Assembly (NCBI GenBank): GCA_965215315.1
Contig: CBDCDB010000008.1
Span: forward strand, 441,515 to 505,514
DNA from: Truepera sp.
Lineage (GTDB): Bacteria > Deinococcota > Deinococci > Deinococcales > Trueperaceae
DNA length: 64,000 bases
Reading direction: 5' to 3'
Shown here: piece by piece, positions 8,970 to 18,751 of the stretch
How the letters are laid out: each line of letters starts with the position of its first letter
Numbering within the stretch: position 1 is the first letter of the stretch
Program-made: the position numbers and the translations under genes
The notes under the pieces: model-generated
Database searches by the model: none
What the model was told of the DNA's origin: nothing
What the model saw: the letters and a program-made list of their open reading frames with translations, nothing else

Positions 8970-9896
8970 TTATGGACGGGACGGCTGAGCCGTTTCTTTA
9001 GACGCTTCTGCTGACCTGCTGATGACGATAGGTTGTTTTTGCGTATCTCTTACAGCGCGGCAGAGCGCCGCGCCGAAAAAGAAAAGCTGCGCCGAATAGT
9101 AAACCCAGAGCAAAAAAACGACCAGCGAGCCTGCTGCACCGTAAGCGCTGCCTAACGCGCTTTCGGTGAGATAAGTACCTAAAAGCCAGCGCCCTAGCGT
9201 AAACAAAAACGCCGTAAAAATTGCTCCGAACCAGGTGTCACGCCAGCGCACGCGCGTCGCAGGCAGGTATTTGTAGAGCAGCACCAGAAAAAGTATAAGT
9301 AACGTGAATCCGGAGGAAGCCTCGATCCACCCTAACAGCACCACCGGTACCCGGTGCTCTTGCAGATAGTCCCGGCTCGCACCCAGGTAGGTGCTTAGCG
9401 TCAGGCTACCGACAATCAGGATGCCACTACCCAAAACCAAAAGCACCGAAATCGCTCGGTTTTTCAGGAATGTGAGCGCACCTTCGCGCCTGCTCGAGGG
9501 TGCTTCGACGCCCCAAATGATGTTCGTCGCCGCCCGCAGTTCAACTAAAACTAACGACGCGCCGAAGAGCAGCACCCCCAACCCGACCGCCGAGGTGATG
9601 ATGCCGGTGCTCGTCTGATAGGCGCGAAACGCATTTTGAAACAGGCTCCGCAACACGCCGATGATCTGGTCACTTTCTGGCCCGAGCGCGAGCGCAACCT
9701 GTTCTAAAATGCCCTGCTGCACCTCGGCGCGGCTCAAAAACACGCTCGTCACGCCGACTGCGACAATCAGCAAGGGCGCAAGTGACAAAACCGTATAAAA
9801 AGCTAAGGCTGCCCCTAAACGCGGCGCGTTGCGCGACTGCCAGAGCAGCGCCGCCTTGATAAAAATCCGCACGATGCGTGTGTGCCTCTTTGCCAC
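8970..9896 (-). CDS. YihY/BrkB family membrane protein
   Basis: ..RNAPRLGAALAFYTVLSLAPLLIV.. plus multiple TM helices, typical of YihY/ribonuclease BN-like proteins. Confidence 0.85.
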   Translation of the reverse strand: MAKRHTRIVRIFIKAALLWQSRNAPRLGAALAFYTVLSLAPLLIVAVGVTSVFLSRAEVQQGILEQVALALGPESDQIIGVLRSLFQNAFRAYQTSTGIITSAVGLGVLLFGASLVLVELRAATNIIWGVEAPSSRREGALTFLKNRAISVLLVLGSGILIVGSLTLSTYLGASRDYLQEHRVPVVLLGWIEASSGFTLLILFLVLLYKYLPATRVRWRDTWFGAIFTAFLFTLGRWLLGTYLTESALGSAYGAAGSLVVFLLWVYYSAQLFFFGAALCRAVRDTQKQPIVISRSAEASKETAQPSRP

Positions 9897-9958
9897 AAGG
9901 TTAGTTTAGCGCGGTTCTCACGCGCCTATACGGATTAGGCGCACGTTATTTCCTCGGG

Positions 9959-10702
9959 TCAGTAAACCCCTTTGGTCAAGCCACCATCGACGAGGAGCGT
10001 TTGTCCCGTGATGTAAGCCGCTCCTTGCGACGCTAAAAATACGGCTGCGGCGGCAACTTCCTCCGGCGTCGCAAAACGGCCCGTGGGGATGTCGGCCTCG
10101 AGCCGCTCTCTCGCGTCACCGCCGAAAAGCTCATCGGTGCGCGCCGTCGCCGTATAACCGGGCGCGACGTTGTTGACCGTTACGCTGTCCCCGGCGACCT
10201 CACCGGCGAGCGTTTTGGCGTAGCCGGTTACAGCGGCGCGAAAGGCGTTCGAGAGCGTTAAGGTCGGGATGGGTTCGCGGACTGATAAGCTCGTGATGTT
10301 GATGATGCGGCCCCAGCCTTTTTGTTGCATGTCGGGCAGCGCGTGCTGCGCGAGCCGGACGACCGACATCAGGGTCAGCTCATATGCTTTGTCCCAACCG
10401 GACAAACCGACCTCAGAGGGCGTACCGGCGGGTGGGCCGCCCGCGTTGGCGACGAGGATAGCGGGCGCACCCAACGTTTCACGCACCTCGAGAAAAAGAC
10501 GCTCTATCTCGCGTTCGGACGAAACATCGGCAACAAACCCGGCCCCGCCGACCGACGCGGCTGCCGCCTCGACCTCGGCCTCAGTACGCGCGCAGAGGGC
10601 AACCTTGACACCTTCGGCAGCGAGCCCCTGCGCGACGGCCAACCCGATACCTTTTGACCCGGCGGTCACTAACGCGATTTTGCCTTTTAGCTGTAAGTCC
10701 AT
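9959..10702 (-). CDS. SDR family oxidoreductase
   Basis: KGKIALVTAGSKGIGLAVA.. is a Rossmann TGxxxGIG motif; ..NNVAPGYTAT.. also present. Confidence 0.85.
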   Translation of the reverse strand: MDLQLKGKIALVTAGSKGIGLAVAQGLAAEGVKVALCARTEAEVEAAAASVGGAGFVADVSSEREIERLFLEVRETLGAPAILVANAGGPPAGTPSEVGLSGWDKAYELTLMSVVRLAQHALPDMQQKGWGRIINITSLSVREPIPTLTLSNAFRAAVTGYAKTLAGEVAGDSVTVNNVAPGYTATARTDELFGGDARERLEADIPTGRFATPEEVAAAAVFLASQGAAYITGQTLLVDGGLTKGVY

Positions 10703-10709
10703 AAGCCGA

Positions 10710-11759
10710 TTATAGCCGCGGGGGTATGGGGCTGAGCTGAACGCGCCGGAGCGCCGCTAGATTGGACGCGCCGACGCCGTGCATGGCGACGCGCAGCTCC
10801 CACAAAAAGGTCTCGAGCCAGTCGATCACGGCTTGGGAGGACTCGAGGGCGGGCTCCAGCAGCGGTCTGGCGACCCCTACTACCTGTGCGCCGAGGGCGA
10901 CCGCTTTAGCTGCGTCTAGTCCCGAGCGAATTCCACCCGAGGCGACGAGCGGCATGTTTGGCAGTGCTACCCGCACCTCCTGCAAGGCGTCGACGGTCGG
11001 CAAACCCCATTCGGTCAGATCGAAATGCCGCACCTCCCCGTACCGGACGAGCGCTTCGACTTTGGCCCACGAGGTACCGCCTGCCCCCGCGACGTCGAGC
11101 GCAGCGAAACCTGCCCCGGCGACGCTCCGGGCTACCGCGCCGCTCAGACCGTGACCGACCTCTTTGAGAAGGACCGGGAACGGCAAGCTCGGAACCAGCT
11201 CCCCTAGTTTAGCGGCGAGCCCCCGAAAATCCGTGTCCCCACCCGGTTGCAACGCTTCTTGCAGCGGGTTGGTGTGCAGCGCGAGTGCGTCGGCCCCGAT
11301 GGTCTTAACGGCTGCTTCCAACTGCTCCGGCCCATACCCTTTATTCAGCTGCGCCACGCCCAGATTACCGATCAGGAGGGCCGACGGCGCGCTCCTCCGC
11401 ACCGCAAACGACGCCGCAGCTTCCGGGTGCTCCACCATCACCCGCTGCGACCCGAGCATCAACCCGACGCCTAAACGCTCGGCAGCCTCGGCGAGGTTAC
11501 GGTTGATCGTCGCCGAAAGCGCCGCCCCGCCGGTCATCGCCCCGATTAAAAAGGGCGCATAGAGCGGTTTGCCCAAAAACGTCGTGCTGAGGTCGATATC
11601 TCTTAAGTCGGTTTCAGGCAGAGCGCGGTAGGGCAGGGTGAACCGCTCAAAACCGGTAGTGCGCGTTTCATATTCAACATGATGGTGCAAACATGCCTCG
11701 ACGTGCCGAAGCTTACGCGTTTTGGCGTCTGCAGGGGTAGGGGGCAGCGGTGAGGGCAT
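10710..11759 (-). CDS. fni: Type 2 isopentenyl-diphosphate delta-isomerase (FMN-dependent IDI-2)
   Basis: ..RHVEACLHHHVEYE..LLKEVGHGLSGAVARSVAGAGFAALDVAGAGGTSWAKVE..VASGGIRSGLDAAKAVALGA.. matches IDI-2. Start taken at MPSPLP (11757..11759). Confidence 0.85.
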   Translation of the reverse strand: MPSPLPPTPADAKTRKLRHVEACLHHHVEYETRTTGFERFTLPYRALPETDLRDIDLSTTFLGKPLYAPFLIGAMTGGAALSATINRNLAEAAERLGVGLMLGSQRVMVEHPEAAASFAVRRSAPSALLIGNLGVAQLNKGYGPEQLEAAVKTIGADALALHTNPLQEALQPGGDTDFRGLAAKLGELVPSLPFPVLLKEVGHGLSGAVARSVAGAGFAALDVAGAGGTSWAKVEALVRYGEVRHFDLTEWGLPTVDALQEVRVALPNMPLVASGGIRSGLDAAKAVALGAQVVGVARPLLEPALESSQAVIDWLETFLWELRVAMHGVGASNLAALRRVQLSPIPPRL

Positions 11760-11866
11760 CTCACCTAGTATTCCAAGACAGCAGCCAGACAACTATAGGT
11801 GAACCCTCAAAAACCAGAGTCAGGTTCATCACACCAGCTTCACACATTAGCGTTAGACTGGGAGGA

Positions 11867-13375
11867 ATGAAAGCTTATTTTTATTTTTTGACGTTGTTGC
11901 CGCTGCTCAGCGCCTGCGGTATCTTCGGCGGCAACCCGGTCTCTGAAATCTGTTACACAAACCCGCAACCTGCGCCCTCAGCGCAACTCTCTCTAAACCG
12001 TGCCGGAGGAACCTATGTTCCTGGCAGGCTACTCGTTTCGTACCGGGGTGAGCGCGCCCTAAATCTAAGCGGAAGCGCGGCCCCGTCCGAACGCCTAAAG
12101 CAAAAAGCGCTTGTCGCCGTTGCGCGCACCGTCAGAAAGCAATACAACTTGGGCACCTTAGGACTTTTGGGCGCAGCTGCAGGAAGTGAGATTGTCCGGA
12201 TTCCCGCAGGTACCGACGCGTTACAGTTGGCGGCGCAGCTCCGCCGCGACCCGCGCGTTCGTTACGCCGAGCCCGACTACTACCTTTATCTGCTCGAGTT
12301 GCCCCTCCAAACCCCAGCTCAGGCCGCGCTACCGCAACTAACACCGGCTCAAGTAACATCAGCTCAAGCGGCACTGCCCAACGACCCCTTTATTGGGGAA
12401 CAGTGGAACCTGCTGAACTTCGGTTTGCCCGCTGCGTGGCGGCTCGAGACCGGCAAAGACACCGTTACACTCGCCGTCCTCGACACCGGCGTCGACCTCG
12501 CCCACGAAGACCTGGCAGGCCGTTCGTGGCCCGGTTGCGACGTTTACGACCAAGACAATGATCCAAGCCCCGGCTCACCTTCGCAGGACGGAAACGGCCA
12601 TCGGCACGGTACCCACGTCGCAGGTATCGCCCTGGCGACCGGCGACAACGGCAAGGGTATCGCAGGCGTCGCTTACACCGGCGTCAAGCTCTTACCGGTC
12701 AAAGTCTTTGACAACAGCGGCGGCGACTCACAAAGAACTGCCGTGAGCGTCGTTGCCAAAGCGATCCGCTGGTCGGCAGGTTTGAGCGTTGACGGGATGA
12801 ACCGTAATGCTCACCCGGCAAAGATCATAAACATGAGCCTCGGCGGGCCAGGTAGCGGGCCGGACGGCACCATCGAAAGCTTGAACGAGGCAGTTCAGGA
12901 CGCCAGAAACGCCGGTTCGCTGGTCATCTCAGCGTCGGGGAACAAGTATTATACGGACGTAATTCTTGCCCCTGCCAATGCGCCGGGCGCGATAGCCGTC
13001 GGCTCAGTTGACGAAGATTACCGCCGCTCGGACTTTTCCAACTACAATACAGCGGGCCGCTCTGTTGACCTGATGGCACCCGGCGGATCAGGCGACAGCA
13101 GTTGCGGCGGCGTCCTAAGCACCTTCTCGCCCGCTTTCGAAGGCGCGACCGAAAGCGCTTACGGCTGTCAGATGGGTACCTCGATGGCGTCGCCCTTTGT
13201 CGCAGGGGTCGCCGCACTTATCTGGAGCCAGAACCCCAACTTGAGCGCCGATGAGGTCGAAGCGAAGCTCCTGAGTTCGACGTTATACACGCCCGCGATG
13301 AACACGGCGGAATACGGTGCGGGCGTCATCTGTGCAGACCGGGCGCTAGGCGCAGCGACGCTCTGCGGCAAGTAG
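11867..13375 (+). CDS. Secreted subtilisin-like serine protease (S8 family), lipoprotein
   Basis: GGAGG RBS, then MKAYFYFLTLLPLLSACG (lipobox). Asp..VLDTGVD, His..HGTHVAGIA and Ser..GTSMASPFVAG form the catalytic triad. Confidence 0.85.
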   Translation: MKAYFYFLTLLPLLSACGIFGGNPVSEICYTNPQPAPSAQLSLNRAGGTYVPGRLLVSYRGERALNLSGSAAPSERLKQKALVAVARTVRKQYNLGTLGLLGAAAGSEIVRIPAGTDALQLAAQLRRDPRVRYAEPDYYLYLLELPLQTPAQAALPQLTPAQVTSAQAALPNDPFIGEQWNLLNFGLPAAWRLETGKDTVTLAVLDTGVDLAHEDLAGRSWPGCDVYDQDNDPSPGSPSQDGNGHRHGTHVAGIALATGDNGKGIAGVAYTGVKLLPVKVFDNSGGDSQRTAVSVVAKAIRWSAGLSVDGMNRNAHPAKIINMSLGGPGSGPDGTIESLNEAVQDARNAGSLVISASGNKYYTDVILAPANAPGAIAVGSVDEDYRRSDFSNYNTAGRSVDLMAPGGSGDSSCGGVLSTFSPAFEGATESAYGCQMGTSMASPFVAGVAALIWSQNPNLSADEVEAKLLSSTLYTPAMNTAEYGAGVICADRALGAATLCGK

Positions 13376-13380
13376 CAGGT

Positions 13381-13806
13381 TTAATTGAGCAGATGCAGAT
13401 AGTCGCCCATGTGCCCAACGATACTTTGCGCTCTGGCAACGTTCAGCCAGCGGTAGGTAAAGACCATTCCCTTATCGAGTTCGCCGTCACTTGCGGCGTG
13501 ACTCCAGATATCTGGAGCCACGCCGTTTACCGGGAGCTGGTAAAAATAACGCTCACGGTAGACACTATCGTGACGTCCGAACCAAGTGTCGTAGGCTAAA
13601 AGCCGCACTTCAGAAAAAGCTGTCAACCCCGACTCTTCAAACGCCTCGCGTAGCGCCCCGGCTTCGGGTGTTTTGTGAGGTTCAACCGTGCCACCCGGAA
13701 CCTGAATCCCGAGCGTCATCGTTTCAAAATCCGGATGACAGAAAACCGCGATTTGCAGTCTTCCCTCAACCTTACGGGTGAGGTAGAGGTAGGCGCGGCG
13801 ACGCAA
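13381..13806 (-). CDS. NUDIX hydrolase
   Basis: Nudix box GGTVEPHKTPEAGALREAFEESGL. Confidence 0.8.
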   Translation of the reverse strand: MRRRAYLYLTRKVEGRLQIAVFCHPDFETMTLGIQVPGGTVEPHKTPEAGALREAFEESGLTAFSEVRLLAYDTWFGRHDSVYRERYFYQLPVNGVAPDIWSHAASDGELDKGMVFTYRWLNVARAQSIVGHMGDYLHLLN

Positions 13807-13811
13807 AGACG

Positions 13812-14663
13812 TTACTTGCCGGTTTCGCCCGCTTTGTCCTCGGTTGTTACCGGGTTCTCATCATGACTGCTCCAGTCGCTCCACGACCCGACGTAAAGTT
13901 TGGCCCCTTTGATATCGGCCTCCTCGAGCGCCAGCGCATTGTGCGCCGCCGACACCCCTGACCCGCAGTACAAGATCACCTCATCGGCGTCTTCAACTTC
14001 GGCAAAGCGGCTCCGCAGCGCTTCGGGAGATTTGAACAGGCCACCCTCGAGGTTTCCAGAAAACGGTTTGTTGATCGCGCCGGGAATATGACCGGCTTTT
14101 TTGTCAAACGGTTCGGACTCGCCGCGGTAGCGTTCAGGGGCGCGGGCGTCAAAGAGTTTGACGCGGGTGTCGTACAGCTTGCTCAAAACCTCTTTCATCG
14201 TCGCGGTCAGGTAAGGCCGCAGGTGCAGCGTCAGCGGGCGCGGCTCGGACGTGGGCAGATCTTGGGTCACGGGTAAACCCGCCGCCCTCCACGCCGAATA
14301 GCCGCCGTCTAAAACCCGCGCCCGGTCGAATCCGGCGTAGCGCAACAGCCACCACAGCCGCGCCGCAAACATCCCGCCGGAATCGTCGTACACAACGACT
14401 TCGGCTCCGTCCCCGACGCCGTTCGTTTGCAGGGTATTGGCAAAGGCGAACATGTCGGGCAGCGGGTGCCGTCCGCCGTGAGCCTCTACAGGGCCGGAAA
14501 GGTCATCTGCCAAACTTAGAAATACTGCGCCTGGAAGGTGGTTTTCAGCGTAAAGCTGGCGTCCAGCGTGGACGTCGGTTAAAGACGCCCGCACATCGAC
14601 GATGCGGAGGTCGGGTGCGCCCAGACGGGTGCAAAGTTCGGTGGCTGAAACAAGGTTAGACAC
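13812..14663 (-). CDS. sseA: Two-domain rhodanese sulfurtransferase (3-mercaptopyruvate/thiosulfate sulfurtransferase, SseA-like)
   Basis: Tandem rhodanese domains. Catalytic YCGSGVSAA in the C-terminal domain. Confidence 0.8.
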   Translation of the reverse strand: MSNLVSATELCTRLGAPDLRIVDVRASLTDVHAGRQLYAENHLPGAVFLSLADDLSGPVEAHGGRHPLPDMFAFANTLQTNGVGDGAEVVVYDDSGGMFAARLWWLLRYAGFDRARVLDGGYSAWRAAGLPVTQDLPTSEPRPLTLHLRPYLTATMKEVLSKLYDTRVKLFDARAPERYRGESEPFDKKAGHIPGAINKPFSGNLEGGLFKSPEALRSRFAEVEDADEVILYCGSGVSAAHNALALEEADIKGAKLYVGSWSDWSSHDENPVTTEDKAGETGK

Positions 14664-14708
14664 GGTTTCCTCCCGTAAGTTCGTCTAGTTTAGCTGCAAG
14701 TGAAAGGT

Positions 14709-15941
14709 TTACTCAGCTGCCGGGATACGCTTGAACAGCCGCGCCGTAACGACGAGTCCTGCCAGAAGAAGCAGTGCGCCGAGGAAAAAAGGTGCTCCCG
14801 GCAGATTGAAGGGGGCTGCGCTCGAGGTAAAAAAGCTGAACAGCCCGGTGGTAAAAACGATCGGCGCGGCGATACTGCTTAAAGAAATGAGCGAGGTCAA
14901 AGCGCCCTGCACCTTGCCCTGTTCGTCCGGCGACACCGACCCCGCGACGAGCCCCTGCACGGCTGGGCCCGCCACACCACCAAACGATCCGGCAACAATG
15001 ACCGCCACCATCATCCACCCTTGTGAAGCGAGCCCGTAAAAGAGAAACGTCAGGGTCGAAAAAACGAGCCCAACCAAGATGGTGCGGCGTTCACCCAACC
15101 GCGCGATAGTCGGGCGAATCAACACGCCCTGTACGAGCACCGCCATCACCCCGACGAGCCCGAGCGTCAGACCGTTGGCCTGTTCACCCCAACCGAAACG
15201 GTAGCCGGTATAGAGCACCCAAACGGTTTCTAGACCACGCTGCGCGAGTGAGACCAGCACAAACGTTGCCGCCAAACCCGCCACCAGCGGATATGCCCCG
15301 AGCTGACCGAAACTGCCGATGGGGTTCGCCTTACGCCAGCTGAACCCGCTCCGGTGTTCTTTAGGTAACGATTCGGGCAAGACGAAATAGCCGTAAAGCC
15401 AGTTGAGCAGCGCGAGCACCGCCGACACGAAGAACGGCAAGCGGATATCGATCCCGCCCAGAACGCCGCCCAACGCCGGGCCGAAGATAAAGCCGAGTCC
15501 GAAGGCGACCCCGACCAGCCCGAAGTTCTGGGCGCGCGTCTCCGACGTTGAAATGTCGGCGATGTAGGCGTTGGCAGTCGTAATGCTCGCCCCGGCAATC
15601 CCGGCGACGATACGCCCGACGACGAGCCAGCCGAGGTTTGGTGCGACGCTCAAGATGAGGTAATCCATCCCTAAACCGAAAAGCGAGATAAGCAAAATCG
15701 GACGGCGACCGAAACGATCAGAGAGCGCACCCAACAGCGGCGCGAAGAAAAACTGCATGAGCGCGTACACCGCCGCGATCAGGCCGAAATAGCGGGCCGC
15801 CAGGACGCTACTACCACCGACAAACGTTTTGATCAGTTCAGGCAAGATAGGAATAACGATCCCGAGACCCAGAACATCTAAAAAGAGGGTGATCAGGATA
15901 AAAATGATGCCAGCTCGACGGGGTTTCAGGGGCGGTTTCAT
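14709..15941 (-). CDS. MFS transporter, DHA1/tetracycline-efflux-like (12 TM)
   Basis: ..GLGIVIPILPELIK..LGALSDRFGRRP.. are MFS motifs. Confidence 0.85.
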   Translation of the reverse strand: MKPPLKPRRAGIIFILITLFLDVLGLGIVIPILPELIKTFVGGSSVLAARYFGLIAAVYALMQFFFAPLLGALSDRFGRRPILLISLFGLGMDYLILSVAPNLGWLVVGRIVAGIAGASITTANAYIADISTSETRAQNFGLVGVAFGLGFIFGPALGGVLGGIDIRLPFFVSAVLALLNWLYGYFVLPESLPKEHRSGFSWRKANPIGSFGQLGAYPLVAGLAATFVLVSLAQRGLETVWVLYTGYRFGWGEQANGLTLGLVGVMAVLVQGVLIRPTIARLGERRTILVGLVFSTLTFLFYGLASQGWMMVAVIVAGSFGGVAGPAVQGLVAGSVSPDEQGKVQGALTSLISLSSIAAPIVFTTGLFSFFTSSAAPFNLPGAPFFLGALLLLAGLVVTARLFKRIPAAE

Positions 15942-16022
15942 AGGGTTCTCCAGAGGTGCAACCGTTTAACTTTAAGCGTTGTAGCGCCTTTTTCGCAAGC
16001 CGGTGCGCGGTATGGTAAGCGC

Positions 16023-16811
16023 GTGAAGCGGATCAGCTCGGCGCAAAACCCTGAAATTCGGGCGTGGGCCAAACTCAAAACCCGGCGCTCGAGAGAACGC
16101 GAAGCCCGTTTTTTAGTCGAAGGCGAAAGAGAGGTGACGCGGGCGCTCGAGGCCGGGGTCAACCTCGTCATCCTCTACTTCTGTCCGGACTTTTTAGGGG
16201 CTGAAGGGCAGCGTGTTCTCGAGCGGGCACAAACCAAGGACGTTAGCGTAACCGAACTTTCGGGAGCCGCCTTTAAGGTGCTCAGTTACCGTGAACGTCC
16301 CGGTGGCATCATCGCTGTCGCCGAAAAGCAGGAAAAACGTCTGGCAGACCTGACCTTACCGGACGACGCGCTCGTGGTGGTGGTTGAAGGACTCGAGAAA
16401 CCCGGCAACTTAGGCGCACTTTTGCGGACTGCCGACGGGGTAGGCGCACACGCACTCTTTACCACCGGACAGGGAACCGACCTGGAAAATCCGAATGTGG
16501 TGCGCTCGAGTATGGGCAGCGTCTTCTCACTGCCTTCTCTCGCCGTAAAAAGCTCTGAACTTTTGGATTGGTTACAGCGCGAGCAATTTTCGCTCGTCGC
16601 TGCCACACCGCACGCTGAAACGCTCTATTGGGACGCCGACTTCGCGGGCCGCACCGCCGTCGTACTCGGCGCAGAACACAGTGGTTTATCTTCCGAATGG
16701 TTGGCGGTAGGCCAGCCGGTCAAGATTCCTATGCAGGGACAGGCAGATAGCCTGAACGTCGCAACGGCTGGGGCACTGCTTCTCTATGAGGCGTTGCGGG
16801 GGCGACGCTAG
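16023..16811 (+). CDS. TrmH/SpoU family RNA 2'-O-methyltransferase
   Basis: ..VVVEGLEKPGNLGALLRTADGVGA.. and ..GQADSLNVATAGALLLYE.. are SpoU motifs. Confidence 0.85.
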   Translation: MKRISSAQNPEIRAWAKLKTRRSREREARFLVEGEREVTRALEAGVNLVILYFCPDFLGAEGQRVLERAQTKDVSVTELSGAAFKVLSYRERPGGIIAVAEKQEKRLADLTLPDDALVVVVEGLEKPGNLGALLRTADGVGAHALFTTGQGTDLENPNVVRSSMGSVFSLPSLAVKSSELLDWLQREQFSLVAATPHAETLYWDADFAGRTAVVLGAEHSGLSSEWLAVGQPVKIPMQGQADSLNVATAGALLLYEALRGRR

Positions 16812-17181
16812 CGCGTTCGGTGAGCAGCATTTCGGCAAGTTGGGCAAAGGCTTCGGCCTGAAGCGTCCCTAAAACGGCGGCGTGTGCGCCGGTCGCCTGG
16901 GCTACCCGCGCCGTCAAAGGTTCACTCAAATCGCTGACGAGAAGCAGGGTCGCGCCACTCCGGGAGACCGTCTTTTTTAGCTCGCTCAGCGTGCCGAGGC
17001 CACCCCCCAACACCGTAAAAGTATCTAATACGATGAGTTCGGGCGGCGCAGAAACCGTTTGCAAGCTCTCTAAAATGACCTTCAGAGGTGCGCCGCAGAG
17101 TAGCTGCGTGTAGTGACCGGGAACGGTAAGGGGTAGGTAATCGTTGGGAATGGCAAGGAAGATGGAAGGGATAGGTGCCAT
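16729..17181 (-). CDS. Hypothetical protein (about 125-150 aa). 3' end as called overlaps the TrmH gene convergently, so its extent is uncertain
   Basis: ORF MAPIPSIFLAIPNDYLPLTVPGHY..LIVLDTFTVLGGGLGTL.. with no clear family. Confidence 0.35.
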   Translation of the reverse strand: MAPIPSIFLAIPNDYLPLTVPGHYTQLLCGAPLKVILESLQTVSAPPELIVLDTFTVLGGGLGTLSELKKTVSRSGATLLLVSDLSEPLTARVAQATGAHAAVLGTLQAEAFAQLAEMLLTERASVAPATPHREAVPQPLRRSGYLPVPA

Positions 17182-17291
17182 AGCGTCAGCCTAAAGGCCG
17201 TAAAGCAAAAGAGCGGGCAAAATGCCACAGCAGCGGGGGTTTTACGGCGTAAAGCACGAATTTTCACACGGAAAGTGTCTACAGGCGACAC

Positions 17292-18011
17292 CTACGCCTC
17301 GCGAAGTCCCCAAAGCGTAAGCACAGTAATGATATCTGCCGGTTCTGTAATCGTGGCGTCTGGAAGCGCTGAAGACGGTTCGTGGTCTCTGTTAAACCAG
17401 ATTGTCCGGATGCCTAAAGCCTTCGCCCCTTCGATGTCCCGGTCAAGTTTGTCACCGACCATAACGACATCTCTAGGCTGAACCGACCAAGCCGCTAAAA
17501 TCTCCGTAAAGATACGCTGACCGGGTTTGCGGTAGCCACAGCTCATCGAGGTGACAAAAGGTGAGAAAAACTTTAAGACGCCGGTTTGTTCGAGTGCTCC
17601 CTCGATCAGCCAGTGAGAACGTGTATTCGAGGCTACGCCGAGCCTGGTTGTTTCGCTGAGCAGCTGAACAACTTCGGTAATGCCGTCTACTGGTGAAATT
17701 CCACTCAAGATGGGCCGGATAAACTCGCGCTCGAGCGTTTGCAGCTGCGTAAAGGTAACATTTGGATGGTAAGCCTTTACGACGCCAGCAATGACGTCCC
17801 GGTAAGTGTTGATTTGACGGAAATCAGCGCCTTGCTTGGGCGAGCTTTCCACGGCCTCACTGAGTTTTTGGCAGAAACTGTAAACGTCGAGTGGCGACCA
17901 GCTCGCTACGACGTTGGCGACATTTTTAATACCTACTTTGGCCTCCGGAGAGTCTTTCGCCGGAAAATCTATCAGTGTTGCACCAACGTCAAAGATAACG
18001 CCCTTTATCAC
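17292..18011 (-). CDS. HAD-IA family hydrolase
   Basis: MIKGVIFDVGATLIDF (DxG motif I). ..VGDKLDRDIEGA.. is motif IV. Confidence 0.8.
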   Translation of the reverse strand: MIKGVIFDVGATLIDFPAKDSPEAKVGIKNVANVVASWSPLDVYSFCQKLSEAVESSPKQGADFRQINTYRDVIAGVVKAYHPNVTFTQLQTLEREFIRPILSGISPVDGITEVVQLLSETTRLGVASNTRSHWLIEGALEQTGVLKFFSPFVTSMSCGYRKPGQRIFTEILAAWSVQPRDVVMVGDKLDRDIEGAKALGIRTIWFNRDHEPSSALPDATITEPADIITVLTLWGLREA

Positions 18012-18150
18012 AAGATGCCCTTCCAGAACTTGCCAAAACGTGAGTCTACGGCGCGTTTGTCAGGAAGATAACCGTAACTCAAGAAAGCCGTTTTAATCTG
18101 TGGACCAAAAGTTTTTACGGCACCCGGCTCTGACATTGACTTTCGTGACG

Positions 18151-18654
18151 CTACGGCGACGCGAGTTGAAGCACGGTTTTTACAACTTCCTCGAGACTCG
18201 CCCGTGTATCAACCTCGAGTCCGGCAACGTTTCGCAACAGCGGCTCGACAGTTTCTATTAGGTTCAAGACTCGAGCAACCTCATCAGGTTCTTCACCATA
18301 CGCGTTAGTCGTTCTCATTTTTAACCTTTGCGTGATGACAGCTGCGGGCGCACTCAGCAGGACAACATGGTCAAACTGAGGCAAAAACTGCCCCATATTG
18401 TTCGCGCAACCGCTCAAAAACAACACTTCGGCGTCCTCGGTGGACAGGAGCGCTTGAATCCGGTCTTCGCGCCATACCCAGTCCCGGTTCGGCGCTACGG
18501 GTGAGCCTCGAGCCCCCACGTCGTCAGCAACTTCGGCCCATTCGGAAAATGCGTCATTGTCCGCGTCCACAGCTTTGTAGCCCCTGGCAGCGAGTTCTGC
18601 AATCACAGCAGACTTGCCGGTTCCCGACATACCCGTCAGTAGCATTCGCTTCAC
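18151..18654 (-). CDS. AAA-type small ATPase/kinase-like protein (P-loop NTPase)
   Basis: MKRMLLTGMSGTGKSAVIAELAARGY has a Walker A motif. Size and architecture resemble shikimate/adenylate-kinase-like proteins. Confidence 0.6.
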   Translation of the reverse strand: MKRMLLTGMSGTGKSAVIAELAARGYKAVDADNDAFSEWAEVADDVGARGSPVAPNRDWVWREDRIQALLSTEDAEVLFLSGCANNMGQFLPQFDHVVLLSAPAAVITQRLKMRTTNAYGEEPDEVARVLNLIETVEPLLRNVAGLEVDTRASLEEVVKTVLQLASP

Positions 18655-18751
18655 GGCGTCCTCCCTTCTTAACCCGTTGCGATGGTTTCAAAGTCATTTC
18701 ACCGCAACCTGGCGCGGCGCATCCTCTAGGCTGGGCTGATAGCATAAACCG

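Noticed and set aside
16729-16811. An 83-nt convergent overlap between TrmH and the 16729..17181 ORF
   Set aside because: Cannot be resolved from sequence alone. It is likely that the minus-strand ORF is shorter or spurious, so I kept it at low confidence rather than calling an antisense arrangement.
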